Assembly: GCA_963662655.2 (NCBI GenBank)
Contig: CAXXTU010000002.1
Location: 1,024,001 to 1,088,000, forward strand
DNA: 64,000 nt
DNA from: Candidatus Cloacimonadales bacterium
GTDB taxonomy: Bacteria > Cloacimonadota > Cloacimonadia > Cloacimonadales > JAIOQZ01
Direction: 5' to 3'
This document shows, in pieces, positions 9,226 to 19,488 of the stretch. A model generated the notes under the pieces. That model was not told where the DNA came from and ran no database searches. It saw only the letters and a list, made by a program, of their open reading frames with translations. Within the stretch, counting starts at the first letter, position 1. Each line of letters starts with the position of its first letter. The translations under genes were made by a program, and so were the position numbers.

Positions 9226-11238
9226 CTATTTCAATAGCAGCATCTTCTGTGCCTTCGATTTTCCGCAGGACTCCAGCCGGTACAGGTAGATGCCCGACGA
9301 TACGTTCTTGCCGGATTGGTTATCGCCATTCCAGACAGCCTTATGCGTTCCGGCTTCGAGGTGATCATTTACCAGTGTTTTCACGAGCTGCCCTTTGATG
9401 TTATAGACCTTCAAGACGACTTTGTCGTCCTTCGGGATCGAGAACGAGATCGTCGTAGATGGATTGAACGGATTGGGGACATTCGGGAAGAGCATGGAAA
9501 CCTCTGAAGGTTCGGGTATCACATCGGTCTTATTGTACGACACAAAGTCAATGTCCAGTGCCATATAACAGACCGTTCCACCCAAGGTGAGTGAGCCAGG
9601 ATAAACGTTTTCGTCGCGATACAGGATATGTAGTTTTCCGTGACCGTTGCCCATATCCTCGATCTTGTTTCCAAGATAGGCGTGCGACGGAATCTGCCCG
9701 TCGAGCTGTGCTACGTAATTGCTGTCCTGAGGATTTGCGTTCATGACGATGGGAGGTGACCATGTATCACCGTGATCATTTGAAATGCTGATCATGATCT
9801 CCGGGTGACCACTCCAGCCGGGCCATTGCGATCCTCCGTAATTCGAACATAAGTGTGCGTACAATCCTTCCGACCATATACTTGCCATCCATCCGAGTTC
9901 TTCGTTATTACATGAGCGGTTGTTGGCGGAGATGGAATAGCGTTCAGAGTGCATTGCGTAATAAAGTAGCGCCATTTGAGGCTCAACCTGTCCGGTCTCT
10001 TCGTCGAATCGATCCACTTCGCCATCTTCATCGATATCCCAAGGAAGAACGGGCAGCCCGTCATCGACCGTAAGGCTCTGAGGATACATGTCGGAGGTTG
10101 TGAATTCTTCGCTTTGAGGGTCGAAAACAACGTCCCTGAGTTGGGAATAGTAAGGAGAAGAATCAAATCCATCTTCGGTTGTCCAGCTAAAGGTTAAATG
10201 TATCGGTAGGTGCAGTCTGCCCTGCGAGTCCCTCAATAAATTCGGAAAACCTATGAAGCCACCTGAAAAATGTCCTTCGATCGCGCCAGTCGGCCAGTTG
10301 CTTCCATCCTGATTTTGGGAAACATCAACGGTGAACGATATTGGGTTGGTCGAAAAAGTCCACTCTCCTTCGCCGTAGTTCGTATTGGTCATTGCAAAAT
10401 AGTTAACGGCTCTTTGGTAGGTATATATACGCCCGAAAACAGAAAATACGCCATCCCAATTACAGTCGAATAGATAGGTGAAATTACCTAAATTTTGATC
10501 TGAATCGAGGACGATTTCATCCAGTTGAGGAATGGAGACATACTGCCACTCCACCGATTCGAATCCGTCTTCGATATCTGTAGTCGAAAAATCGCAGAAA
10601 GCGATACGCGGTTCTAAATAACTGCCGGATCCACCATTGAGCACGCTACACGTAGTTATATAGAGTCTTCTTTTACCATCGGATTCGTAAGAAGGAGCTT
10701 TGCTGATGAAAATATTCGGATTCATGTAGATTTCATCTTCGACGAGCGGTTCAAACGGCAAGTTCTCCGGATTGGCGTTGTCGAATACAGTTATGGGTGT
10801 TAGCAAATTCTCTTCGCTTTCTCCCTGGTGGTATGCCGCGATCCCCAGCTGGATGTTGACGAGTCCCCAGTTATCTTGAGCATCCTCCCATACGTAGAAG
10901 GGATCCTGCGTATCCGGATCGATGCAAATGCTTCCATCGTAGTGACCGATCTCGGCAGGCAAAATAGCTTCCATCGAAATCAGATTGCCATTTGAATCGA
11001 GATGAACGAGATGTTGGGTTCGCGTAGTGTTAATTGTATCACTAACGCAGAAGAACATGTAGCACTCGCCATTGTCCAACACCTGAAGAGGCGTATTGTT
11101 CAGGCCAGCGAAGTTAGTGGACAAATTCGAGCATACAATCGGTACGCTTTCCATGTTAAAAGTCCATTCCGGTGTCGTGCCGCTAAGTGATGCGACGACT
11201 CCCATGAAAACGACGCAGGAAAGTATCCATTTCCGCAT
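9226..11238 (-). CDS. Secreted protein with FlgD-Ig CTD and a BNR/Asp-box-like motif
   Basis: Signal peptide, SNDHGDTW Asp-box, C-terminal NVPNPFNP...KMLLLK, GGAGG RBS. Confidence 0.85.
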   Translation of the reverse strand: MRKWILSCVVFMGVVASLSGTTPEWTFNMESVPIVCSNLSTNFAGLNNTPLQVLDNGECYMFFCVSDTINTTRTQHLVHLDSNGNLISMEAILPAEIGHYDGSICIDPDTQDPFYVWEDAQDNWGLVNIQLGIAAYHQGESEENLLTPITVFDNANPENLPFEPLVEDEIYMNPNIFISKAPSYESDGKRRLYITTCSVLNGGSGSYLEPRIAFCDFSTTDIEDGFESVEWQYVSIPQLDEIVLDSDQNLGNFTYLFDCNWDGVFSVFGRIYTYQRAVNYFAMTNTNYGEGEWTFSTNPISFTVDVSQNQDGSNWPTGAIEGHFSGGFIGFPNLLRDSQGRLHLPIHLTFSWTTEDGFDSSPYYSQLRDVVFDPQSEEFTTSDMYPQSLTVDDGLPVLPWDIDEDGEVDRFDEETGQVEPQMALLYYAMHSERYSISANNRSCNNEELGWMASIWSEGLYAHLCSNYGGSQWPGWSGHPEIMISISNDHGDTWSPPIVMNANPQDSNYVAQLDGQIPSHAYLGNKIEDMGNGHGKLHILYRDENVYPGSLTLGGTVCYMALDIDFVSYNKTDVIPEPSEVSMLFPNVPNPFNPSTTISFSIPKDDKVVLKVYNIKGQLVKTLVNDHLEAGTHKAVWNGDNQSGKNVSSGIYLYRLESCGKSKAQKMLLLK

Positions 11239-11366
11239 AAGCTCCTCCCAATATTGAGGTGATACATATTATTGTTAATAAGAGTGTAACGTCAACCAGA
11301 AAAGTGTCAATCATTGGATTTTTGTAATACTCGACTCAAAATCATTCTATTGCGCCATTCACACAG

Positions 11367-11394
11367 AAACGGGAGAGCGTTATCGCTCTCCCGT
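11367..11394 (-). terminator. Terminator downstream of the CTD remnant
   Basis: ACGGGAGAGCG-TTAT-CGCTCTCCCGT hairpin. Confidence 0.65.
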
Positions 11395-11414
11395 AAAATC
11401 GTGAAAATCGGAAT

Positions 11415-11520
11415 CTACTTCAGCAGAAGCATTTTCTTCACGGAGGTCTGCTCTCCGGCTTTCAGGCGATAGAAATACACTCCGGACGCCACCGGTTTTC
11501 CGTTTGCATCATCGCCGTGC
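11415..11520 (-). pseudogene. C-terminal remnant of a third FlgD-Ig CTD gene
   Basis: Hand translation HGDDANGKPVASGVYFYRLKAGEQTSVKKMLLLK*, truncated exactly at the second pepA-end repeat. Confidence 0.88.
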
Positions 11521-11612
11521 ACTTGCTGTATTCCCTGGTAAAAATCTCGTATAATCTACAATAACTAATGTATAAAAACCTGCCGTAGTTGCTGCGGCAG
11601 GTTTTTCAATCT
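11516..11612 (+). repeat. Direct repeat copy 2: orphan pepA 3' end plus terminator
   Basis: Matches 6775-6875; has a 1-nt deletion in the coding part (GGTAAAAA vs GGTGAAAAA) and an identical terminator stem-loop. Confidence 0.9.
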
Positions 11613-11619
11613 GTTATCA

Positions 11620-11654
11620 AACCTGATCGAGCGAATCGGTCAGGTTCTTTTTTT
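11620..11654 (+). terminator. Hairpin with T-tract between the island and glycerate kinase
   Basis: AACCTGATCGA-GCGAA-TCGGTCAGGTT followed by CTTTTTTT. Confidence 0.6.
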
Positions 11655-11687
11655 GACTCCACGGCAGGTTTCCTTACCGCAGAATCC

Positions 11688-13037
11688 TCAAGGTTCGATC
11701 AGCAATAGCTGGATGTCCCCCACATTGGTGCGCGTTGGTCCGGTTTTGTATAACTCGCCGATTTTATCGAAGAAGTGGTAAGCGTCATGGCGAGCGATGT
11801 ACTGAACCGGTGAGATTTGAGCTTCCTCCGCCTTCTTCAGGATGTTGAGCGACGCCCATGCACCCGCCGCGTCGGTGGGGCCGTCGTTGCCGTCGGTGGA
11901 AGCTGCCAGAAGGATAACGTTCTCCATTCCCTTTCCGGCCCGTTTAAGCTCATTGAGGAATGCAAGCGCTATCTCCTGATTTCGTCCGCCCTTGCCGTGA
12001 TCCTGCGAAAGCGTAACCGTCGTCTCCCCACCAAAGATGAGCAGCGTCGGTTTTTCCACACCATACCGGCTTCGGAACCGCGCCATCGAGAAGAGCGAAC
12101 GCGCGGTTTCCTTCGCCTCTCCCTCGAGGCAGTCAGTGTGAATGAACGGCTCCATGCCCAATTCGCGTGCCTTTCGCGCCGCCGCAAGCAATGACTGGTA
12201 ATTCGTGCCGATCAGGAAATTATAGACCTTCGCGAAGGCCTCGCTGTCCGGCGAAGGCGTATCGGGGGCGTCGCCGGCGAGTCCTCGCTCGAGGAGCAAG
12301 CGAACGGGTGACGGGAGCTCCTCGCGGATGTCGTACTTTCGAATGATCGCGTCCGCAAGCTCGAAGGTCGATTGATCCGGCGCGGTGGGTCCGGAAGCGA
12401 TCGAATCGAGACTGTCCCCCACGACGTCGGACAGTATCAGGCAGATTGTCGTAGCAGGATACAACAATCCCGCCAGCCTCCCGCCCTTTATCAGCGAGAG
12501 GTGCTTCCGGAGACAATTGATCTCCGTGATGTCAGTGCCGCAAGCCAAAAGCGTCCTGGTCACGTTCTGCTTGTCCGCAAGCGTGAGTCGTGTACGTTCA
12601 TCCTCGTAGGGGGCAGCCATCAGGGCGGAACCGCCGCCGGAGATTAGGCAGATCACTAACGTCTTTGCATCCGCCTGCCTGGCAAGCCGGGCGATTTGCT
12701 GCGCTGCCTTGACGCTGTTGTCGTCCGGAACCGGATGCCCGGCCTCGATGATCTCGATCTTGCGAAGCTCCTGCCCGAATCCGTACTTTGTGCTGATGAC
12801 ACCCTCGGTGAGTCGATCTCCGAGAACATCCTCCATCGCGTGCGCCATCACGGCAGAGGCTTTCCCCGTGCCGATGACCGCAATCCGATCGAAGTCCCTC
12901 AGATCAAACGTTTTCTCACTGTGTTCCGTAGAAACGCAGAGCGTGTTGTCTTCTATCGTCAAGCCGCGTTTCAGCATGAGATACGGGTCCACGCGATCCA
13001 GTGCGGCCCGGAATACGGCATCGAGTTTCGTGTTCAT
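11688..13037 (-). CDS. Glycerate 2-kinase (GckA/TtuD, MOFRL family)
   Basis: GTGKAS, ISGGGSAL, KGGRLA, SDVVGD, GGETTV, GGRNQE, TDGNDG, TGPTRTNVGD. Confidence 0.92.
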   Translation of the reverse strand: MNTKLDAVFRAALDRVDPYLMLKRGLTIEDNTLCVSTEHSEKTFDLRDFDRIAVIGTGKASAVMAHAMEDVLGDRLTEGVISTKYGFGQELRKIEIIEAGHPVPDDNSVKAAQQIARLARQADAKTLVICLISGGGSALMAAPYEDERTRLTLADKQNVTRTLLACGTDITEINCLRKHLSLIKGGRLAGLLYPATTICLILSDVVGDSLDSIASGPTAPDQSTFELADAIIRKYDIREELPSPVRLLLERGLAGDAPDTPSPDSEAFAKVYNFLIGTNYQSLLAAARKARELGMEPFIHTDCLEGEAKETARSLFSMARFRSRYGVEKPTLLIFGGETTVTLSQDHGKGGRNQEIALAFLNELKRAGKGMENVILLAASTDGNDGPTDAAGAWASLNILKKAEEAQISPVQYIARHDAYHFFDKIGELYKTGPTRTNVGDIQLLLIEP

Positions 13038-13690
13038 GATTTCTCCAATATTTGTTGCAGTTTGTGAATGTTAGCCCTTACAACCGGATGCTCGGCCAGC
13101 TTGTCGGCCTGTTTGAAAAATCGTAGCGCCCGGTTGTAATCGCCCTTCACATTCATGAGGTAACCACCGAGATTGTTCGCTGCGATGAAATTTGTATTGT
13201 CCAGCGAAAACGCCTGTTCGTAGACTTTTGCCGCCGAATCGTGATCCCTTTCCCGCTCCAGTTGCAGCGCTGTATCCAATAGCCGCCACGACTGCATCGC
13301 CGTGCTGTAGTCTGTGTCGTTCGAGCAAATTTCGAGACGCCGCAGAATCACGTTCTTGTCCCGAATCGCCGGGGCGTCTTCCAGCGCTTGCTTGTACGAA
13401 TTCCGGGCGTCCTCGATCCGACCCGCCAGATAGAACGTATCGGCAAGCGCACGCCGTATCGGGTAGGAGGAATCGTAAACCAGCGCGCATCGCAGGAAAT
13501 TCTCGGCTTCGTTGTAGCGTTTGAGCGCAAGGGCGGTGAGGCCGAGATTGTAGTCGATCCCGGGGAAATCCTGCCAGCGCTGCTTGATTCGCGAAAAGCA
13601 GCTATACGCCGTTTCGAACTGGCCGCTTACAAAGGCGTTCAGCGCGCGCCGCTTCCAGAAGAAGAGACGGATTCGGTCAAGAATGTTCAT
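13034..13690 (-). CDS. Tetratricopeptide repeat protein
   Basis: TPR-like helices (YNLGLTALALKRYNEA, ANNLGGYL); start set to ATG 13690. Confidence 0.75.
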   Translation of the reverse strand: MNILDRIRLFFWKRRALNAFVSGQFETAYSCFSRIKQRWQDFPGIDYNLGLTALALKRYNEAENFLRCALVYDSSYPIRRALADTFYLAGRIEDARNSYKQALEDAPAIRDKNVILRRLEICSNDTDYSTAMQSWRLLDTALQLERERDHDSAAKVYEQAFSLDNTNFIAANNLGGYLMNVKGDYNRALRFFKQADKLAEHPVVRANIHKLQQILEKS

Positions 13691-13735
13691 GATGAAAAGG
13701 AAGCCCCGCAAACAAACGCCTGCGGGGCCAATCGA

Positions 13736-15070
13736 TTAGTGAATGAATATGGAAAGGATCGCAACAACGATGATGGAGACCAGTCCCAACACAAGCGTTG
13801 CGGACGTATAAGCCCGATAGGCGACGGAGACTTTCATATCGCTGAACTGGCTTACGACCCAGAAGTAAGAGTCATTCGCGTGGCTGACGGTCATCGCGCC
13901 GGCGCCGATCGCCAGAACGGTCAGTGCCGGATGCAGCCCCAGGCTTGCCATCAGCGGAGCCATGATGGAGGAGGTGGTAATGATCGCCACAGTCGATGAT
14001 CCTTGCGCGGTCTTGAGCGCCGCGGCGATGATAAACGGCAGGAAAATGCCCAGATTCCACCCCGACATGGTGTCGCCGAGGAAACCGGCCATAGGCGACG
14101 CCTTGAGAATCGCGCCGAAGGCTCCGCCTGCGCCGGTAATCGCAAGGATAAGCGCGGCATTCTTGACACCTGTACCCATCCATTCGTTTACAGCAGCGCC
14201 CAAATCTTCCTTCTTCACCAGGAGAAGAGCCAGGAACACGCCGATCAACAGCGCTGTCACCGGATCGCCGATGAAGTTGAGAAAATTGGAGAAAGCACCC
14301 TCTTCCATGATGCCCAGCTTGGGATTTGCAAGCGACTTGAGAAGGATCAGAATGATGGGTATCAATAGCGGCATGAACGAGAGGAACGCGTTCGGGAGTT
14401 TGCCGTATTTGGTCATCAGGCTATCGTAGGATTCCTCGAGCACGGGCTCGATCTCGAAACGTTTTGCCACGGTTATCGCCCAGATGTAACCGGCGATCAT
14501 GCCCGGAATGGAGACAACCAGTCCCCACAGAATCACCTGGCCGAGTTCAGCGCCGAGAATACCCGCCGCGGCGATCGGTCCCGGCGTGGGAGGCACCAGG
14601 CAATGCGTTGCGTAAAGCCCAGTAGAAAGCGCTACCGCCATGACAGCCATCGAGCGGCCTGTCTTCTGCGCTAGCGCTTTATTCAGTGGCGTTAGAATAA
14701 CATACCCCGAGTCGCAGAATACAGGAATGGAGACAACGTATCCCGCGATGCTCATAGCCAGGGGAGAATTTTTTTTACCGACAACCTTCAAAATGGCGTT
14801 TGTCATCGAAATTGCAGCGCCGGTTTTCTCCAGAATCGTACCGATAATCGTGCCTGCAACGATGACAATACCGATGTAGCCCAGCGTTCCGCCGAACCCA
14901 TTTCGAACTTGCGATATGATGTCCGAAAGCGGCATGCCCACGAACAAACCGTACAGTATTGCGACAAGAAGCAGCACAACAAACGCATTCATTTTCGCTG
15001 TGCTGGTCAGTACAATGATCAAAATAATGGCGACGAGTAAAAAAAGTAGTGCGAGTCCGCCTGAGACCAT
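13736..15070 (-). CDS. GntP family permease (probable glycerate/gluconate:H+ symporter)
   Basis: IPVFCDSG, PPTPGP, AQGSSTVA, HANDSYFW; start reassigned to ATG 15070 after GGAGG. Confidence 0.92.
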   Translation of the reverse strand: MVSGGLALLFLLVAIILIIVLTSTAKMNAFVVLLLVAILYGLFVGMPLSDIISQVRNGFGGTLGYIGIVIVAGTIIGTILEKTGAAISMTNAILKVVGKKNSPLAMSIAGYVVSIPVFCDSGYVILTPLNKALAQKTGRSMAVMAVALSTGLYATHCLVPPTPGPIAAAGILGAELGQVILWGLVVSIPGMIAGYIWAITVAKRFEIEPVLEESYDSLMTKYGKLPNAFLSFMPLLIPIILILLKSLANPKLGIMEEGAFSNFLNFIGDPVTALLIGVFLALLLVKKEDLGAAVNEWMGTGVKNAALILAITGAGGAFGAILKASPMAGFLGDTMSGWNLGIFLPFIIAAALKTAQGSSTVAIITTSSIMAPLMASLGLHPALTVLAIGAGAMTVSHANDSYFWVVSQFSDMKVSVAYRAYTSATLVLGLVSIIVVAILSIFIH

Positions 15071-15384
15071 GACAACCTCCTTGTAATTGATAAAGATAAC
15101 GTAAAATCTAATCATAAGAATGAGATACGTCAAGAAAAACATTATTCGGGATCGTGTCGCTCCGGGAATTGCAGATTTGTTTGTTAAACATGATAAAATC
15201 ATTAAAAAATCTTGCAATATTGGAACTGAACTTGCAATAATGCGTCGTAGCGAGGGATCGACAATGAAGAACAATGACTTTGGTAGATTTTTTGTGCATT
15301 TCATTCCCGGAAGACGGAATAAGACAGGCATCGACTACTTACAATGCTTTGACAGCCTCCGGATAACCGGAAAGAAGTGACGCT

Positions 15385-16680
15385 ATGGAAAAATCGATTT
15401 TACAACTCCCCCTGCGCGTTCTGAAATGCTGGTTGTTCTACCGAAAATCACAGTTCTTCACTCGTGAAGCGTTGTACGGGTGGCAGAACGAGCGGATCAA
15501 GCACCTGGTTCGATATGCCGGAACGCATGTTCCATACTACCGCAACCTCTTCAGGGAAATCGGCCTGGATACGGCTTCCTTCCGGGGAATCGAGGATCTG
15601 CAAAAGATACCGCTTCTCGATAAGGAAATCGTGCGCACAAAGCGCGAGGAACTGATGTCCGATCAAGCGCTGGGATACGGCATTACCTGGGATTCGACCA
15701 GCGGTTCCACGGGTACGCCGCTCCATTTCGCCCTCAGCGACGAAGTCCAGGCCAACAAGATCGCCGCGTTCCTGCGCAGCCTGGGATGGGCCGGATATCG
15801 CTTGGGTGCGAGATCGCTCCTGGTGCAGAGCTACTATTTCAAGGATTACGATTTCATATACAAACCCATATACAATATCGTACGCTTCGATTCAAACCGT
15901 CTCAGGAAGGAATCCGCGCTCAAGCTTGCCGAATACCTGATCGAGAAACCGGTCAAGGTTATCATTGGGTTTCCGTTCGACATCATGATGATCGGACGGT
16001 TCGCGCAGGACGCAGGGCTGAAAATCCCCTCGCCCAATACGATAATCTCCTACGGCGAGAAGCTGTCGCGGCACAGGCGCGAGCAAATCGAAGCCATATA
16101 CGGCTGCAAGGTGTACGATTACCACTCCATGCACGAGTTGAGCGCAATGGTTGCCGAGTGCGAGCACGGATCGTTGCACCTGGTGGAAGACTCGGCCTAC
16201 ATGGAGGTCCTTGACGAAAACGGAACCCCCGCCCGGGAAGGCTCCATGATAGGAACCAGCTACTACAATTACACCATGCCCCTGATTCGCTACAACACGC
16301 GCGACCTGGTTTCCCTTTCGGGAGACGAATGTCCATGCGGGAGGCGCTTCCGGCGCGTGGAAGAGATTCACGGCAAGGCCTGCGATCACATCGTTACACC
16401 GGATGGCCGCATTCTCGGCGCGGTGATGTCTCACTCCGTGGACCAGGCGAAGGGTGTTATCGTATCGCAGTGCGTTCAAGACGAGCTGGATCACATCACA
16501 TTCCGCATCGTTGTCGACTCGGAGTACAACAATCACTCGCAGATCGAGCTGGAGAAGGGACTTCGCAAAAGACTCGGGCATGAGATGAAAATCGATTTTG
16601 AGATCGTGGAAGAGCTGGAAAAAGCGCGCGGCGGAAAAACGCCTTTCATACGATCGACAATAGGAAATCAATTTGAATAA
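15385..16680 (+). CDS. Phenylacetate-CoA ligase-like (PaaK/CapK-type) adenylate-forming enzyme
   Basis: TSGSTGTP, YGE, MPLIRYNTRD, CPCGR motifs. Confidence 0.85.
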   Translation: MEKSILQLPLRVLKCWLFYRKSQFFTREALYGWQNERIKHLVRYAGTHVPYYRNLFREIGLDTASFRGIEDLQKIPLLDKEIVRTKREELMSDQALGYGITWDSTSGSTGTPLHFALSDEVQANKIAAFLRSLGWAGYRLGARSLLVQSYYFKDYDFIYKPIYNIVRFDSNRLRKESALKLAEYLIEKPVKVIIGFPFDIMMIGRFAQDAGLKIPSPNTIISYGEKLSRHRREQIEAIYGCKVYDYHSMHELSAMVAECEHGSLHLVEDSAYMEVLDENGTPAREGSMIGTSYYNYTMPLIRYNTRDLVSLSGDECPCGRRFRRVEEIHGKACDHIVTPDGRILGAVMSHSVDQAKGVIVSQCVQDELDHITFRIVVDSEYNNHSQIELEKGLRKRLGHEMKIDFEIVEELEKARGGKTPFIRSTIGNQFE

Positions 16681-16685
16681 TAAAG

Positions 16686-17612
16686 GTGGATACGAAGATG
16701 AAAAGAGACAAGCAATACTACCAACAACGAATCCTGGAACTGAAGAAAGAGAAAGACTGCTTCGTCATGTCGCACAACTACGTGGACTATGACCTGCAGG
16801 AAGTATCCGACTACGTGGGCGATTCCCTCCAAATGGCAAAAGTGGCGGCTACGAAGGATCACAAGATGCTGCTCGTGTGCAGCATACGCATCATGGGCGA
16901 AACCGCCAAGCTGCTCAATCCCGAAAAGAAAGTCCTCATGGCGCACCCGACTGCCGATTGTCGCCTGGCGAACATGCAGAATCCACAAAGCTTACGTGAT
17001 TTGCGCCAGGAACATCCCGACGCCGAGGTCGTCTGCTACGTCAACTCACCCGCCTCGCTGAAAGCGGAGAGCACCATCACCTGTACCTCCGCCAACTGCA
17101 TCGACGTGGTCAATTCAATATCCGAGGACAGGGAAGTCATCTTCGTGCCCGACTGCAACATTGGGAAATGGGTCGAATTCAAGACGGGTAGAAAGCTGAT
17201 CATGTTCGATAGCTACTGCTATGTTCATCACAAAATCGAGTTGGAAGAAGCGCAGGCGATCAAGAAGAAGTACCCGAACTATACCCTGCTCGTTCATCCC
17301 GAGTGCGGTCTCGAAGTGTGCAAATTCGCCGATAAGGTATGCTCGACAAGCCAGATGATCGATTTCACGAGGGAGAACGACAAGGTTATCATCGGTACGG
17401 AGACGGGATTATTCGAACAACTGCGTCATCGCTTCCCCGAGAAGAAGCTGGTGGCGATGAGTCCGCGCATGGTTTGCGAGGACATGAAGCTGAACACGCT
17501 CGAACTGGCGTGCCACGCGCTGGAGAACGAACATAACGAAGTCGTGCTCGACGATGATACCACTGAAAGGATGGGGAAATCTCTGGAGCGCATGATGGAG
17601 CTCTTCCGATAA
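16686..17612 (+). CDS. nadA: Quinolinate synthase A
   Basis: HNY, GDS, three Fe-S cysteines (ADC, YCYVH, VCEDMK), YVNS, CTSAN, HPEC, GTE. Confidence 0.9.
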   Translation: MDTKMKRDKQYYQQRILELKKEKDCFVMSHNYVDYDLQEVSDYVGDSLQMAKVAATKDHKMLLVCSIRIMGETAKLLNPEKKVLMAHPTADCRLANMQNPQSLRDLRQEHPDAEVVCYVNSPASLKAESTITCTSANCIDVVNSISEDREVIFVPDCNIGKWVEFKTGRKLIMFDSYCYVHHKIELEEAQAIKKKYPNYTLLVHPECGLEVCKFADKVCSTSQMIDFTRENDKVIIGTETGLFEQLRHRFPEKKLVAMSPRMVCEDMKLNTLELACHALENEHNEVVLDDDTTERMGKSLERMMELFR

Positions 17613-18601
17613 TGACTCGCCTTAGAAAGGGATTCAAGGTTTTACAGCTTGTGATCTCTATCGCTTTGCTGGGGTATCTGCTCAGGAAATACCATTATTC
17701 GCTACACTCGCTCGAGTTCAGGCATGAAAGCGCGTACTGGTTCATCCCTTGCGTGCTGATCGCGGTTGCACTGATCCCGCTCCTGGCGGGGCTACGCTGG
17801 AGGATGATGCTGCAATCCCTGGGTAAAACCTACCCGGTCAAATCATTGATCCACATCAATTTCGTTTCCATCTTCTGGGGCGTTTTTCTGCCCTCGGCTG
17901 ATGGGTTCGCTATCATCCGCGCGATTCTCCTGATGCGGAAGATCGACCGGAAGATCGCCGTCAGCTCGGTGCTTCTCGAGAAATTCATCGGGATTTTCTG
18001 CCTCTTCACCATCGCACTGGCAGCGAGCTATTCGTTCGAGGCAACGCCTTCAATCAAAACCCTGCGGCTGATTCTGGTGGGAGTCATCATTCTGCTGGCA
18101 GGCGTCACACTGGTTGTCAGGAAAATACCGCCGAAAGAAGGTAATCGAGCTTCCATCATCGCCAAACTGCTCCAGAAAATGCGCGAAGTTGCGGTTATTC
18201 TGGCAAATTCGCGGAAGAATCCCCTGATGTTGGGGATTCTGCTGGTGCTGGCGGTGCAGATGATGAGCATTCTCAATATCCATTTCCTGTTCAGGGTGCT
18301 GGGATATCAGATTCCGCTGCTGAATCACATCTGCTTTGTGCCGGTGATACAGACGATCTCGCTCATCCCGCTCACCATCAGTGGATTCGGAATTCGCGAA
18401 GGCGCGTTTGTTTATTTCTATCAGCATCTTGGCGTTCACGCGGACGATGCGATCACGGTATCGATCTTGCATTTCATTATTATAACCGGCATTCAAGCCC
18501 TCATCGGGGGAATCCTCTCGATCTATTCCCACATCGGGAGAGCGGATGTCTCCCTAGAAAACGAGAACTCACCCCGGTTACCCGAAGGAGTGGTATCATG
18601 A
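17612..18601 (+). CDS. Lysylphosphatidylglycerol synthase TM-domain / flippase-like protein
   Basis: Multi-TM, LRWR, FLPS, IPLTISGFGIREG. Confidence 0.85.
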   Translation: MTRLRKGFKVLQLVISIALLGYLLRKYHYSLHSLEFRHESAYWFIPCVLIAVALIPLLAGLRWRMMLQSLGKTYPVKSLIHINFVSIFWGVFLPSADGFAIIRAILLMRKIDRKIAVSSVLLEKFIGIFCLFTIALAASYSFEATPSIKTLRLILVGVIILLAGVTLVVRKIPPKEGNRASIIAKLLQKMREVAVILANSRKNPLMLGILLVLAVQMMSILNIHFLFRVLGYQIPLLNHICFVPVIQTISLIPLTISGFGIREGAFVYFYQHLGVHADDAITVSILHFIIITGIQALIGGILSIYSHIGRADVSLENENSPRLPEGVVS

Positions 18602-19488
18602 CACGTCCAATGATATCTGTCGTCGCTCCGGTCTTCAACGGCTCGGACACGATTATCGAATACATGCACAGAACCTGGGACACGCTCCAAGCGTTGAACG
18701 TTCCCTTTGAAGTCCTCCTCGTCGACGATGGCAGCACGGATGGCTCACTGATCGCCATGAAGCGCTCGCTCGAACGCTACCCGGGCTCGAAGATCGTCAT
18801 GCTGGATAAGAACTACGGGCAGTCGAACGCCATTGCCGCTGGACTTTCACAAGCCAGAGGCGAGTTCTGCGTCGTGATGGACAGCGACCTCCAGGACAAG
18901 CCGGAGGACATCCCCACCCTTTATCAAAACATACTCGAATCGGACCTGGACATGGTGATTGCCTCGCGCTCGCAGTCGAATTCGAGCGCTAAGCGCAATT
19001 TATTATCGATCGCGTTCTATCTTGCCGCCAACCGCCTGACGACCATCAAGAATCCGCCTTGCGCAGGCGTGTTTCGCATCATTCGAAGCAGGTGTATGAA
19101 GCCTATATTTTCCATGCCCCGGCAACCCGGGACGTTGCTGAGCCAGCTTCATGCCCGTGGATGCTCGTGGAAAACCGTTCACCTCGAAAGGGAAAACCGT
19201 GTCGAACACCAGAGCAGCTATACGCTCTGCAAGCTCCTCACGCTCGCCTTCACGCGAATTCTCGTGTTCGGTAAAATCCCTGCGGGACAAATGGGAAACA
19301 TCGGGATCCTCAAAGCGCTGTTTTTCTACGGAGCGGGAGTGAAGCGCAACAGCTTCTGCCTGAAACTGTTTGCCGGCTTCATCCTGATTGTGTCGCTCCT
19401 GATGAGGGATAAAAATTTTCTGTACCGTTTCAAGCCGAAGTTCAAAATCCAGAGCGTCATCACGGAGAACACATGCAACGGAGAGTGA
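18598..19488 (+). CDS. GT2 glycosyltransferase (polyprenol-phosphate glycosyltransferase-like)
   Basis: VAPVFN, VDDGSTDGS, NYGQSNAI, MDSDLQD. Confidence 0.9.
   Translation: MTRPMISVVAPVFNGSDTIIEYMHRTWDTLQALNVPFEVLLVDDGSTDGSLIAMKRSLERYPGSKIVMLDKNYGQSNAIAAGLSQARGEFCVVMDSDLQDKPEDIPTLYQNILESDLDMVIASRSQSNSSAKRNLLSIAFYLAANRLTTIKNPPCAGVFRIIRSRCMKPIFSMPRQPGTLLSQLHARGCSWKTVHLERENRVEHQSSYTLCKLLTLAFTRILVFGKIPAGQMGNIGILKALFFYGAGVKRNSFCLKLFAGFILIVSLLMRDKNFLYRFKPKFKIQSVITENTCNGE

Noticed and set aside
6985..9483. CTD repeat pair as DGR template/variable repeats
   Set aside because: Mismatches are not adenine-specific (many C/G and mixed changes) and no reverse transcriptase is in the window
15071..15331. 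N-terminal extension of the GntP ORF
   Set aside because: AT-rich intergenic/promoter sequence; GGAGG precedes ATG 15070
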